Shown here: positions 27,520-37,830 of the stretch, one piece after another
Layout of the letters: each line of letters begins with the position of its first letter
How positions within the stretch are numbered: position 1 is the first letter of the stretch
Source of the DNA: a virus
DNA: 64,000 nucleotides
Strand: one strand, 5' to 3'
IMG/VR virus record: IMGVR_UViG_3300027706_000269
Location: 1-64,000 of that record
Translations under genes and position numbers: made by a program
The notes under the pieces: generated by a model
Database searches by the model: none
Seen by the model: the letters and a program-made list of their open reading frames with translations, nothing else
Told to the model about the DNA's origin: nothing

Positions 27520-27741
27520 ATGCCCCGACTTGTCTTGAAGTGCCCGCACACGCACGCGGGCAAGGCCTTCCAGGGCGGCGACCAGATCGATGTCGACGCG
27601 ACCGCAGCTGACTGGCTGATCGCCCACGGCGTCGCCGCACCGGCTGCCGTGCCGCAGACCCTGCGAGTAGATGCAGACCCCGAACCCGCTGACCTCAAAC
27701 CCGACCTTCCCCGGTCCCAACGCAAGGAACCCAAGCCATGA
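27520..27741 (+). CDS. Small virion-associated hypothetical protein
   Basis: PHTHAG...GD.I.V....ADWL motif; coupled to the tail tube gene. Confidence 0.6.
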   Translation: MPRLVLKCPHTHAGKAFQGGDQIDVDATAADWLIAHGVAAPAAVPQTLRVDADPEPADLKPDLPRSQRKEPKP

Positions 27742-28490
27742 GCACCTACGCCAGTTTCCAAGGCCGCGTCTTCCTCGGTAAGCGCGACATCGCCGGCCTT
27801 CCCATCGAAGTGCGCTCGCCCGGCAACGTCGCCGAGTTGAAGCTCTCCCTCAAGACCGACGTCTTGGAGCACTACGAGAGCCAGACCGGCCAGCGCTCGC
27901 TCGACCACCGCATGGTCAAGCAGAAGTCGGCGACCGTGAACCTCACCATCGAGGAGTTCACCAAGGAGAACCTGGCGCTCGCCCTTTACGGCACCCATGT
28001 GGTCGGCACGCCGGGAACCGTCACCGACGAGCCCATCGGCGGGGCCACGCCGACGGTCGGCGACCGCTACTTCCTCGCACACCCGAAGGTCTCTTCGCTG
28101 GTGGTGGTCGACTCGGCCGGCACACCCGCCACGCTGACGGCCGGCACCCACTACACGGCCGATCTGGACTTCGGTGCCCTCCAGTTCTTGGATACCACCG
28201 GCTTCACCGCGCCTTTCAAGGCGAGCTACGCCTACGGCGTCGCTACCGAGATCGGCATCTTCACGCAGGCGCTGCCCGAGCGGTACCTGCGGCTCGAAGG
28301 CGTCAACACCGCCCAGGGCAACGCCAAGGTGCTGGTCGAGCTCTACCGCGTGGCCTTCGACCCGCTCAAGGAGATCTCCTTCATCTCCGACGAGTACAAC
28401 AAGTTCGAACTGGAAGGCTCGCTGCTGGCCGACAGCACCAAGCCCTTCGACGCGGTGCTCGGCCAGTTCGGCCGCATCGTGCAGCTCTGA
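27738..28490 (+). CDS. Major tail tube protein
   Basis: 250 aa with GQG/GNV-like N terminus and LRLEGVNTA; upstream of chaperone and tape measure. No sheath gene present. Confidence 0.8.
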   Translation: MSTYASFQGRVFLGKRDIAGLPIEVRSPGNVAELKLSLKTDVLEHYESQTGQRSLDHRMVKQKSATVNLTIEEFTKENLALALYGTHVVGTPGTVTDEPIGGATPTVGDRYFLAHPKVSSLVVVDSAGTPATLTAGTHYTADLDFGALQFLDTTGFTAPFKASYAYGVATEIGIFTQALPERYLRLEGVNTAQGNAKVLVELYRVAFDPLKEISFISDEYNKFELEGSLLADSTKPFDAVLGQFGRIVQL

Positions 28491-28504
28491 GGAATGGGTG
28501 AGCC

Positions 28505-28906
28505 ATGAACGATCTGGACACCCTCGTCCCCCAAGGGATCGAACTCGTCATCGACGGCGAGCCCCTGGTCATCAAGCCGCTCAAGGTCGGGCAGTTGCCC
28601 GGCTTTCTGCGCGCCATCTCGCCGGTGATGCAGCAGATCTCGTCCACCGAGATCGACTGGCTGACCCTCTTCGGTGAGCGCGGCGATGACCTTTTGTCCG
28701 CCATCGCCATTGCGGTCAACAAGCCCCGGGCATGGGTCGACGAACTGGCCGCCGACGAGGCGATCCTGTTGGCGGCCAAGGTGATCGAGGTGAACGCCGA
28801 TTTTTTTACTCGGACGGTGATGCCGAGGCTCGACGGGGTGCTCGCACCGGGCCTGAAGGTGCCCACGACGACGGCGGCGGGTGGTTCGACGTCGTCCAGC
28901 ACCTGA
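28505..28906 (+). CDS. Tail assembly chaperone (G)
   Basis: Position between tube and tape measure; EVNADFF with a T7 slippery site. Confidence 0.8.
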   Translation: MNDLDTLVPQGIELVIDGEPLVIKPLKVGQLPGFLRAISPVMQQISSTEIDWLTLFGERGDDLLSAIAIAVNKPRAWVDELAADEAILLAAKVIEVNADFFTRTVMPRLDGVLAPGLKVPTTTAAGGSTSSST

Positions 28907-29112
28907 TCAACCACGGCCACCGACTGCCCGACGTCCTCGACTACACGCTGGCGCAGTTGCGCGGCTTCATGGCGGCCACGACCCGGTCCGACGCCACACG
29001 GGACGCCCGACTGTTGTCGCTGATCGCTATCGGCTCCCGCGGCGACACGCGCCAGCTCGACAAGACCCTCGACCGCCTGACAGACCATGCGCATCTCGAT
29101 CCGCATCGATAG
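28801..29112 (+). CDS. -1 frameshift extension of the tail chaperone (GT)
   Basis: T TTT TTT at 28801-28807. The -1 frame is open to 29112 (WFDVVQHLINHGH...YTLAQLRGF). Confidence 0.7.
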   Translation, partial: FFYSDGDAEARRGARTGPEGAHDDGGGWFDVVQHLINHGHRLPDVLDYTLAQLRGFMAATTRSDATRDARLLSLIAIGSRGDTRQLDKTLDRLTDHAHLDPHR

Positions 29113-29731
29113 CGCCGCCGGCAACGCACAGTTGCGCCGCTGGGGCGGCGAGTTCCGGACCAAGGTGCAGAGAGCGGTGGAGCGCGCCATGCGCACCGAG
29201 GCCACCGAGATCAAGGACGACGTGCGTGCCCATGTGGCCGGTCAGATGTCGGTGGTCAGGAAGTCCTTCCTCAAGGGCTTCACCGCCAAGGTGCTGGCCA
29301 AGGACCCGAAACGGCTGCCGGCGCTCTACGTCGGCTCGCGGATTCCGTGGTCGGCCATGCACGAGACCGGTGGACAGATCGCCGGGCGGATGCTGATCCC
29401 CTTGCACGGACGGGTCGGACGCAAGCGCTTCAAGGCGCAAGTGGCCGAACTCATGCGCGGCGGCAACGCCTACTTCATCAAGAACGCCAAGGGGAACATC
29501 GTCCTGATGGCCGAGAACATCAAGGAGCACGACCGGCCGCTGTCGGGCTTCAAGCGCCGCTACCGCAAGGCCGAAGGCGTCAAGCGGCTGAAGCGCGGCG
29601 CCGACATTCCCATCGCCGTGCTCGTGCCCAAGGTGGTGCTCAAGAAGCGCCTGAACGTTGAGCGCCTGGTGGCGGGCCGGATTCCGCGTCTGTCGGCTGC
29701 CGTCGAGCGCGAGATTAGCGTCGTCGACTGA
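29087..29731 (+). CDS. Basic minor tail/neck protein (DUF6441-like)
   Basis: K/R-rich, 214 aa, HETGG.I motif; in the tail operon. Confidence 0.65.
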   Translation: MRISIRIDSAAGNAQLRRWGGEFRTKVQRAVERAMRTEATEIKDDVRAHVAGQMSVVRKSFLKGFTAKVLAKDPKRLPALYVGSRIPWSAMHETGGQIAGRMLIPLHGRVGRKRFKAQVAELMRGGNAYFIKNAKGNIVLMAENIKEHDRPLSGFKRRYRKAEGVKRLKRGADIPIAVLVPKVVLKKRLNVERLVAGRIPRLSAAVEREISVVD

Positions 29732-29734
29732 CCC

Positions 29735-32700
29735 ATGGCCAAGCGAATCTCCATCCTCGTCGCGCTGGAAGGTGCCGACGAGGGGCTCAAGCGCGCCATC
29801 ACGTCGGCCGAGCGCAGCCTCGGCGAACTGTCCAACACGGCCAAGACCAGCGGCGCCAAGGCCGCGTCGGGCATCGCCGAAGTGCGCGCGGGCATGTCCG
29901 CCTTCGGCGAGCAGGTCAACCGGGCCAAGACCCAGTTGCTGGCTTTCCTGACGATCAATTGGGCTGGCGGCAAGGTCCAGGAGATCGTCCAGATCGCTGA
30001 CGCGTGGAACATGATGTCCGCGCGCCTGAAGCTGGCCACTGCCGGGCAGCGCGAGTACGTCACTGCGCAGAAGGAACTCTTCGCCATCGCGCAGCGCAGC
30101 GGCTTAGCCGTCCAGGAGACGGCCACGCTGTACGGCAAGCTGCAGCAGGCCGTGCGCATGCTCGGCGGCGAACAGCAGGACGCGCTGTCCATCACCGAGA
30201 GCATCTCGCAGGCGCTGCGGCTGTCGGGCGCGTCCGCCACCGAAGCCCAGTCGTCGCTGCTGCAGTTCGGCCAGGCGCTGGCCTCGGGCGTGCTGCGCGG
30301 CGAGGAGTTCAACTCCGTCGTCGAGAACAGCCCGCGCTTGGCGCAGGCCCTGGCCGATGGCCTGAACGTCCCCATCGGCCGGCTGCGCAAGCTCGCCGAA
30401 GAAGGCCGCCTGACCGCCGACGTGGTGGTCAACGCGCTGATGAGCCAGAAGGACAAGCTGGCCACCGAATACGCGCAGTTGCCGCAGACGGTCAGCCAGA
30501 GCTTCGAGCGCCTGCGCAACGCCTTCGCCCAATGGGTCAGCAAGGTCGACGAGTCCACCGGCTTCACCAAGAAGCTGGCCGAGGCGCTCACATTCCTCGC
30601 CAACAACCTCGACACGGTGATGCAATGGTTGAAACGCATCGCCGAAGTCGGGCTGGCGGTGCTGATCTACCGTCTGATCCCGGCCCTGATCACCGCCTGG
30701 CAGACGGCGGGAGCGGCGGCGGTCACGGCGGCCACCGCCACGTCGGCGGCGTGGGCGACTGCGAACCTGTCTGTGTCGGCAGCGGTGGCCAGCGTCGGCC
30801 TGCTCAAGACCGCGTTCGCGGTCCTGGGCGCCTTCCTCGTCGGCTGGGAGATTGGCACCTGGCTGTCCGAGAAGTTCGAGATCGTGCGCAAGGCCGGCAT
30901 CTTCATGGTGGAGATGCTGGTCAAGGGCATCGAGCAGCTGCGCTACCGCTGGGAGGTCTTCGCCGCCATCTTCACCTCGGACACGATTGCCGAGGCCACG
31001 AAGCACCACGAGGCTCGGCTCGCGGAGATGAACCAGATCTTCGCGCAGATGTATGCCGACGCCTCTCGCGGGGCGGAAGCGGTCAAGGGCGCGATGAACA
31101 CCGCCGCGACCACCGCCGAGGAGATCGCCAAGCGGCTGGAGGCCGTGCGCCAGGGCACGCAGGAGGCGGTCGGCCGGGGCATCGAGGCGGTGCACACCGC
31201 GCTGGAGCGCCTGAAGACCCGGCTCGGCGAGGTCGAGCAGGCTGTCGGCAAGGCCAACCAGACGGTCTTTGAGGCCACCGCCAAGATGGCCGAGGCGTAC
31301 AAGGGCCTCACGTCCATCGTCGAGGCCAATCTGCTGCGGCAGATCGAGGCGGTGAAGGCGCGCTACCAGCAAGAGCAGTCGGCGCTGGAGACCACCAAGC
31401 AGTCCGAGGCGGCGCTGATCACCAAGGCGACGCAGCTGCTTACCGAGGCGCTGACCCATCAGACGACGTTGCGCCGGCAGGCGACGACGGACACCCTCAA
31501 GCTGATCGATGACGAGTCACGAGCCCGCGTCGAGGCCGCGCGCCGGCAGGGGCAGACCGAGGAGGAGCGTCGAGCCAACGTCCAGCGCGTCGAGAACGAG
31601 ATCCTGGCGACCAAGCGCCAGACGATGACGCAGGCGCTGGCCGATTACCGGCAGCACATCGACGCCCTCAACGCCGAGGCCAACCGGCACCTCGCCGAGA
31701 TCAAGCGCATCGAGGAGGAGAAACGCCAGCTCTCGATGACGACGGAGGAGCGCATCCGCGACATCCGCCGTCAGGGCATGACCGAGTTCGAGGCCACCGA
31801 GGACCGCAAGCGCCAGGTCGCCGAGTACCAGGAGAAGGCACGCACGGCGCTGGCCAACGGCGAGTTCGAGCAGGCCCGGCAGCTCGCGCAGAAGGCGATG
31901 GACCTCGCCTCGCAGGTGGCGAGTGCCCAGACCAGCGAGGCCAAGCGCGGCGAGGATGCGCGCAAGGCTTCCGAGCAAGCGGTCACCCAGGTCACCCAGC
32001 TCGAGGCGCAGTCACGAGAGGCGTACCGCAAGCAGGAGTACGCGCAGGCCGAGGCCCTGATGCGTCAGGCCGACCAACTGCGCGCGGAACTGGCGCAGCG
32101 GACCAAGGAGGCGGACGCCCAGATCGCCCAAGGCAAGGACGGCGTCAACCAGGCCATCCAGCGCATCCGGGAGTCCGAGGAGATCCTCAACCAGACCCTG
32201 GACGCCGAGGCCAAGGCGCACCAGCGCGCCGCGCAGGCGGCGCTTTCGGCGCGCGACGAGATCCAGCGCACGCTCACCGAGACTTCCAACCAGATCGACC
32301 AGATCACGGCGAAGCTCGCCGAAGGGCTCAAGGTCACGCTCGACGCGGACACCTCGCGGTTCGACCAGGCGATTGCCGATCTCGACAAGGCCATCGCCGA
32401 GAAGCAGTACCTGCTGGCGATCCAGGCCGATCTGCAGGAGGCGGAGAAGAAGCTCAAGGAGTACGAGCAGCTGCTCAAGGAGGGCAAGACGCTACCGGTC
32501 GATGCCGACGTGTCGAAGGCCAAGGAGGCGCTCGACAAGCTCAAGGTCTACGCCGACCAGAACTCGCAGTTCGAACTCAAGGTGGCCACGGAGAAGGCGC
32601 AGGCGGCCATCACCAACGTCGAGGGGATGATCAAGGCACTGGATCGCATCCAGACCGAGTCCCGGCATCAGGTCAGCACCAACGCCGATGCGGCTCGCGC

Positions 32701-33787
32701 CGAGATCATGAGTCTCAACGGGGCCAACACCTCGAGCACGCACACGATCTACGTGCGCAAGGTGGAGACGAACGCCACCGGTGGCCTGGTCGGACGCGGT
32801 GTGCGCTGGTTTGCCAGCGGTGGCTTGGCCGCTGCTTCAACGCCAGGTGGGTCGGTGGCGGCCGCGTTCCCAAGGATGAGCGGCGGTTCCGTCCCCGGCT
32901 CGGGCCACCACGACACGGTGCCACGCACGCTGGAGGCCGGGGCCTTCGTGATCCGCAAGGCGGCGGTGCAGAAGTACGGCAGCGGCACGCTGGCGCGCCT
33001 GGCCAACGGGGTGGCGCGCTTCGCCGTCGGCGGTCCGGTGCGGGTATTCGGTGGCGGTCGCTCGCCGGCCAACGGCGAGCAGCCCAGCACTCCGAAAAAG
33101 AACCGCGAGGCTGCCGAAGCGCTGAAGATGATCGAGCTCGGCCTGAAGGCAATGAATGAGTACACCGGCTGGCTGGAGTGGAACTACGGCGCCTCGGTCA
33201 GTCTGGACATGAAGCGCAAGACGATGGCGTACTGGGGCGAGATGGCGCAGTCCGACCGCCGCGCCATCGAGGGGTTCATCGACCGCAAGACGCTGACCGG
33301 CAACGAGCGCCAGACGCTGGATCGCATCAAACAGAACTGGCGACAGGCAATGGCGCAGCCTCTGGTCTACGGCAAGGACGTCGAGCGCGAGCTGATCGAC
33401 TACATGGAGCAGAACCAGGGCGAGTTCTACCGGCTCGGTGGTATCGCCAAGTCGGACAGCGTGCCCGCCATGCTCACGCCGGGCGAGTACGTGGTGAACA
33501 AGGAGGCGGTGGCGCGCTACGGCGCGGGCTTCTTCGAGGCGGTCAACAGCCTGTCGGTGCCCGCCAAGGCGCTCGCGCAACGCGTGCAGGGCTTCGCCAC
33601 CGGTGGCCTCGTTCGGCCTTCGGGTGCGGCACCAGTGCGTCCCGTTCTGCCGCCTGAAGGTGCGCCGTCCCGCACCGTCCGGGTTGAACTGGCTGCAGGC
33701 GACCGCAAGGTCACCGCCTCGGTCGATGCGCGCGACGAGTCGCGCCTGCTGCAACTGCTGGAAGTCGCCCGGGCCCGGGCGGTCTGA
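29735..33787 (+). CDS. Tail tape measure protein
   Basis: 1350 aa. QALASGVLRGEEFNSV tape-measure domain, long Ala/Glu/Gln helices and C-terminal FATGG motifs. Confidence 0.95.
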   Translation: MAKRISILVALEGADEGLKRAITSAERSLGELSNTAKTSGAKAASGIAEVRAGMSAFGEQVNRAKTQLLAFLTINWAGGKVQEIVQIADAWNMMSARLKLATAGQREYVTAQKELFAIAQRSGLAVQETATLYGKLQQAVRMLGGEQQDALSITESISQALRLSGASATEAQSSLLQFGQALASGVLRGEEFNSVVENSPRLAQALADGLNVPIGRLRKLAEEGRLTADVVVNALMSQKDKLATEYAQLPQTVSQSFERLRNAFAQWVSKVDESTGFTKKLAEALTFLANNLDTVMQWLKRIAEVGLAVLIYRLIPALITAWQTAGAAAVTAATATSAAWATANLSVSAAVASVGLLKTAFAVLGAFLVGWEIGTWLSEKFEIVRKAGIFMVEMLVKGIEQLRYRWEVFAAIFTSDTIAEATKHHEARLAEMNQIFAQMYADASRGAEAVKGAMNTAATTAEEIAKRLEAVRQGTQEAVGRGIEAVHTALERLKTRLGEVEQAVGKANQTVFEATAKMAEAYKGLTSIVEANLLRQIEAVKARYQQEQSALETTKQSEAALITKATQLLTEALTHQTTLRRQATTDTLKLIDDESRARVEAARRQGQTEEERRANVQRVENEILATKRQTMTQALADYRQHIDALNAEANRHLAEIKRIEEEKRQLSMTTEERIRDIRRQGMTEFEATEDRKRQVAEYQEKARTALANGEFEQARQLAQKAMDLASQVASAQTSEAKRGEDARKASEQAVTQVTQLEAQSREAYRKQEYAQAEALMRQADQLRAELAQRTKEADAQIAQGKDGVNQAIQRIRESEEILNQTLDAEAKAHQRAAQAALSARDEIQRTLTETSNQIDQITAKLAEGLKVTLDADTSRFDQAIADLDKAIAEKQYLLAIQADLQEAEKKLKEYEQLLKEGKTLPVDADVSKAKEALDKLKVYADQNSQFELKVATEKAQAAITNVEGMIKALDRIQTESRHQVSTNADAARAEIMSLNGANTSSTHTIYVRKVETNATGGLVGRGVRWFASGGLAAASTPGGSVAAAFPRMSGGSVPGSGHHDTVPRTLEAGAFVIRKAAVQKYGSGTLARLANGVARFAVGGPVRVFGGGRSPANGEQPSTPKKNREAAEALKMIELGLKAMNEYTGWLEWNYGASVSLDMKRKTMAYWGEMAQSDRRAIEGFIDRKTLTGNERQTLDRIKQNWRQAMAQPLVYGKDVERELIDYMEQNQGEFYRLGGIAKSDSVPAMLTPGEYVVNKEAVARYGAGFFEAVNSLSVPAKALAQRVQGFATGGLVRPSGAAPVRPVLPPEGAPSRTVRVELAAGDRKVTASVDARDESRLLQLLEVARARAV

Positions 33788-33798
33788 GTCCCATTCCC

Positions 33799-34206
33799 AT
33801 GCAACTGAAGAACCTCGCGACCGGGGTGGCTCTGCTATTGCCCGACGACTTGCTGTGGACCGACGAGCACGCCTGGACGCCGGCCGTGGCTTCGATGTCC
33901 TACCTCGTGACCGGCGCGCTGCTCGTGCAGTCCGCTGTGCGCCAAGCCGGTCGGCCGATCACGCTGGCCGGTGCCATCGACATGGCCTGGGTGACGCGGG
34001 CGACGGTTGCCGCGCTCTACGAGTGGGCCGCCGTCCCGCTGGGCGTGAGCAGCGGCCGCTTCGAGCTGACGCTGGCCGACAGGCGTGTGTTCGAGGTGGC
34101 CTTTCGGCACGGCGAGACACCTGTCGAGGCCGAGCCCGTCGCCGGCTTCCCCGCCCGATCCGACGACGACTTCTACCGACTGACCCTGCGATTCCTGGAG
34201 CTCTGA
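33799..34206 (+). CDS. Distal tail-like protein
   Basis: LPDDLLWTDE..W...TGALLVQ...GRPITL; immediately after the tape measure. Confidence 0.7.
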   Translation: MQLKNLATGVALLLPDDLLWTDEHAWTPAVASMSYLVTGALLVQSAVRQAGRPITLAGAIDMAWVTRATVAALYEWAAVPLGVSSGRFELTLADRRVFEVAFRHGETPVEAEPVAGFPARSDDDFYRLTLRFLEL

Positions 34207-34207
34207 C

Positions 34208-37200
34208 ATGCCGATCCAATCCGGCGACGTGAAACTGCTGAAGTCCGCCGTGATGGCGGACGTGCCGGAAGGCGGCGGTGCGCCCACCGGAATCACCATC
34301 GCTGATGGCGTTTCCAACGCCATCTTCCCGGACATCTCCGAACTGGATCGTGCGGGCGGCCGGGTGAACCTGCGCAAGTCCTTCGTCTCGGTGCAGACGG
34401 GCGACACCGACACCTACTTCGGCGCGAACGTGATCGTCGCCGAGCCGCCTCAGGACCCGCGCGTCAGCGTAACGCTGTTCAGCACGGCCAAGACCTTCGA
34501 TACCCGCGAGCAGGCGCAGGTGCGCATCGAGGCCTATCTCAACAAGGGTCCGGAGTGGGCCGGCTATCTGTTCGAGAACCACATCGCCGGCCAGCGCGTG
34601 ATCCAGTTGTTTCAGCGCACGACCGACACCGTGCCCAACGTCGGGCAGACGCTGGTGCTGATCGAGAACGAGGGGCTCGGCACGCAGAAGGAGCAGTACG
34701 TGCGAGCGACGTCGGTCTCCGTCGTCGAGCGCACGTTCACCTACAACAACGACCAGGACTACAAGGCCTGCGTCGTCACGGTCAGCATCAGCGACGCGCT
34801 GCGGTACGACTTCACTGGCTCGCCGGCGAGTCGCACGTTCACGCGCATCGGCAGCGCTACCCGCGTGCGCGACACCGTGGTGGCCGACGCCGGTACCTAC
34901 GTCGGCGTGGTGCCGCTCACGCAGCCAGCGTCCGTTGGTGACTTCACCATCAAGGGCGCCTCGATTTACACCCAGCTCGTGCCGAGTGCGCAGACCGAGA
35001 CACCGATCTCGGGCGTAGCCCCGTATGCCGCTGCGGGTCTACCGGTGCCCGGCGCCGTGGCGGTGAGCTACACGGCAAGTCACGCCTGGACGCCGACCGT
35101 GGCGTTCAACCTGCCGGGCGGCTGCTTGCCGGGATCGCTCTCCATCCAGACGGCTGGCATCACGATCTTCGACGACGCGGGTCTGCTCAAGACGGCGAGC
35201 GGAACCATCGGCACCATCGACTACGCCAACGGCATCCTGACCCTGAACTCGGGCTCGATGTCGGGCTCCAAGGCCGTCACCTACACCCCGGCTGCCCGCA
35301 TCCTGCGCGCTCCGCAAAGCTCCGAGGTTCCGATCACCCCGGAGTCGCGCAGCCAGTCCTACGTCGGTACGGTGTTGCCCGTGCCGCAGCCTGGAACGCT
35401 GTCGATCAGCTACATGGCGCAGGGTCGCTGGTACGTGCTGTCCGACGGCGGCAACGGCTCGCTCAAGGGGCTGGATGCCAGCTACGGTGCTGGAACGATC
35501 AATCGCAACACTGGCGCGTTCGTCGTGACGCTGGGCGCGCTGCCCGACGTCGGTTCCTCGCTCATCCTGACGTGGAACGTCCCGACGCAAGAGACGCAGC
35601 AACCTTCGACGGCTCTCAAGGCGGCCCAGACCCTGACCCTGAATCCACCGGCCGAGAAGGCGGTGCAGCCAGGCACGCTGTCGGTGTCCTGGCAAGAGCA
35701 CGGCGGAAGCGACGGCACCAAGACGGCAACGGCCAACGCGGCTGGAGATCTCTCGGGTGCGGCAACGGGCCGGGTGAACATCGCGGGCAGCCGCGTCGAG
35801 TTCGCGCCCAACGTTCTACCCGCGGTGGGGACGCTGCTCACCGTGAGCTACGTGGCGGGGCCGAAGCAGGAGGACAGCTTCGCCCACCCGTCGCGCAACG
35901 GCGCGGGGCAGTTGCCGGTGACCGCGACGCTCGGCGCCATCGAGCCGGGCTCCCTGGAAGTCGAGTGGAACACCCTGACCGACGAGGCGGTACTCGGGGC
36001 GTACACCTTCCAGCAGTTGCTGGAGATGGGCGTGGCGGTGTCGATCTGGCGTGATCCCATCCAGATCGCACGAGACAACGGTGCTGGCGCGGTCGTGCTC
36101 AACGGGGTCAGCATCGGCACGGTCAACTACGCCACCGGGCAGGTGGCGTTCAACCCCGATGTGACCATCCGGATTCCGCGGCCGAACTACACGGCAGTGG
36201 CCATCAACGGCACCGGACGCTGGCGCCTGAACTACAGCGGCATGTCGTACGTCGACGCGCCTTCGGTGTACCCGAACGACGAGTCGGGCTTCGTGAAGCT
36301 GCGCTACAACAGCCCGGGCGCGACGAGCACGCTGACCGAGACCTTTGCGTTCGCGCCCTCGTTCAAGCTGGTGCCTGGCGTCAACGCGCAGGTGGTGAGC
36401 GGCACCGTGCTGCTCACCGTCCCCGGCGCGCAGCCCTGGGGTGACAACGGTCAGGGCACTTTGCGGGAGTTCACGCCCAGCGGCTGGGTGACGCGCGGCT
36501 CGATCAACTATCTCTCCGGCGACGTCACGCTCACCTCGTGGACGGCCGGCACCGATAACGCGATCACGCGCGCCAGCTGCGTGACCACGGTCGGCGAAAA
36601 CATCTCCAGCGAGTACGTGTTCCGGACGGGCGCAGCGCCCCTGCGCCCGGGTTCGCTCTCCGTCCAATTCGCCCGCGCGGTGGGTGGCACGCAGAGTGTG
36701 AACGCAGGCATCGACGGCAAGATCGAGGCGACCGGCGTCTCCGGCACAGTGGACTACGAGAGCGGATTGGTTCGCCTGCGCTTCGGCCGAATGGTGACCG
36801 CCGCCGGCAACGAGAGTCAGCCCTGGTACGCCGCCGAAGGGGTGGGCGCCGACGGCAAGATCTTCAAGCCCGAGCCGGTGGCGGCCTCCAGCGTGCGCTA
36901 CAGCGCGGTGGCCTACAGCTACCTCCCGCTGGACGCGAACCTGCTGGGTATCGACCCGGTGCGCCTGCCGAGCGATGGTCGCGTTCCCATCTTCCGGCCC
37001 GGGGGCTTCGCGGTGGTTGGGCACACCGGGCGCATCACCACATCGGTCAGCAACGGTCAGACCATCAACTGCGCGCGGGTTCGTCTTTCGCGCGTGCGGG
37101 TGGTGGGACACGACGGCACGGTCATCCACAGCGGCTACACCGCCGACCTCGAGGCCGGCACCGTCACGTTCACCAACGTCACCGGCTACAGCCAGCCGGT

Positions 37201-37807
37201 GACCATCGAGCACCGCGTCGAGGACATGGCCGTCGTTCGGGACGTGCAGATCAGCGGCGAGATCAGCTTCACGCGGGCGCTGACGCATGAGTACCCGGTG
37301 GCGAGTCCTGGTGACCCTTCATCCGGGAGTTTCGTCTCCAGCGCTCTGGTTGCCGGTGATCTCTTCGCCCGCGTCAGCCTGGTGTTCGACCAGGCCACTT
37401 GGAACGGCGCGTGGTCGGATGCGCTGGTCGGCAGCGCCGCCACCGCGACCTTCAACAACACGCAGTACCCGATCCAGGTCACCAATCGCGGTGCGCTGAC
37501 CGAGCGCTGGATCGTGCGCTTCACCAACAACACCTCGTTCGAGGTGATCGGCGAGAACGTCGGCGTCATCGCCACCGGCAACACCAGCGCTGACTGCGCG
37601 CCGAACAACCCGGCGACCGGCGTCCCGTACTTCCACCTCCCCGCGCTGGGCTGGGGCAATGGCTGGGCGACCGGCAACGTCCTGCGCTTCAACACCATCG
37701 GCGCGCAGTTCCCGGTGTGGGTGGTGCGCACCGTCCAGCAGGGCCCGGAGAGCGTGCCCGACGACAACTTCACGTTGCTGATCCGCGGCGACGTGGATAC
37801 CCCCTGA
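34208..37807 (+). CDS. Large tail tip/baseplate protein (1199 aa)
   Basis: Gly/Thr/Val beta-rich with repeated G.IDY..G units; tail operon position. Confidence 0.78.
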   Translation: MPIQSGDVKLLKSAVMADVPEGGGAPTGITIADGVSNAIFPDISELDRAGGRVNLRKSFVSVQTGDTDTYFGANVIVAEPPQDPRVSVTLFSTAKTFDTREQAQVRIEAYLNKGPEWAGYLFENHIAGQRVIQLFQRTTDTVPNVGQTLVLIENEGLGTQKEQYVRATSVSVVERTFTYNNDQDYKACVVTVSISDALRYDFTGSPASRTFTRIGSATRVRDTVVADAGTYVGVVPLTQPASVGDFTIKGASIYTQLVPSAQTETPISGVAPYAAAGLPVPGAVAVSYTASHAWTPTVAFNLPGGCLPGSLSIQTAGITIFDDAGLLKTASGTIGTIDYANGILTLNSGSMSGSKAVTYTPAARILRAPQSSEVPITPESRSQSYVGTVLPVPQPGTLSISYMAQGRWYVLSDGGNGSLKGLDASYGAGTINRNTGAFVVTLGALPDVGSSLILTWNVPTQETQQPSTALKAAQTLTLNPPAEKAVQPGTLSVSWQEHGGSDGTKTATANAAGDLSGAATGRVNIAGSRVEFAPNVLPAVGTLLTVSYVAGPKQEDSFAHPSRNGAGQLPVTATLGAIEPGSLEVEWNTLTDEAVLGAYTFQQLLEMGVAVSIWRDPIQIARDNGAGAVVLNGVSIGTVNYATGQVAFNPDVTIRIPRPNYTAVAINGTGRWRLNYSGMSYVDAPSVYPNDESGFVKLRYNSPGATSTLTETFAFAPSFKLVPGVNAQVVSGTVLLTVPGAQPWGDNGQGTLREFTPSGWVTRGSINYLSGDVTLTSWTAGTDNAITRASCVTTVGENISSEYVFRTGAAPLRPGSLSVQFARAVGGTQSVNAGIDGKIEATGVSGTVDYESGLVRLRFGRMVTAAGNESQPWYAAEGVGADGKIFKPEPVAASSVRYSAVAYSYLPLDANLLGIDPVRLPSDGRVPIFRPGGFAVVGHTGRITTSVSNGQTINCARVRLSRVRVVGHDGTVIHSGYTADLEAGTVTFTNVTGYSQPVTIEHRVEDMAVVRDVQISGEISFTRALTHEYPVASPGDPSSGSFVSSALVAGDLFARVSLVFDQATWNGAWSDALVGSAATATFNNTQYPIQVTNRGALTERWIVRFTNNTSFEVIGENVGVIATGNTSADCAPNNPATGVPYFHLPALGWGNGWATGNVLRFNTIGAQFPVWVVRTVQQGPESVPDDNFTLLIRGDVDTP

Positions 37808-37830
37808 ACTCGCAGACTGGAACTCACGAC

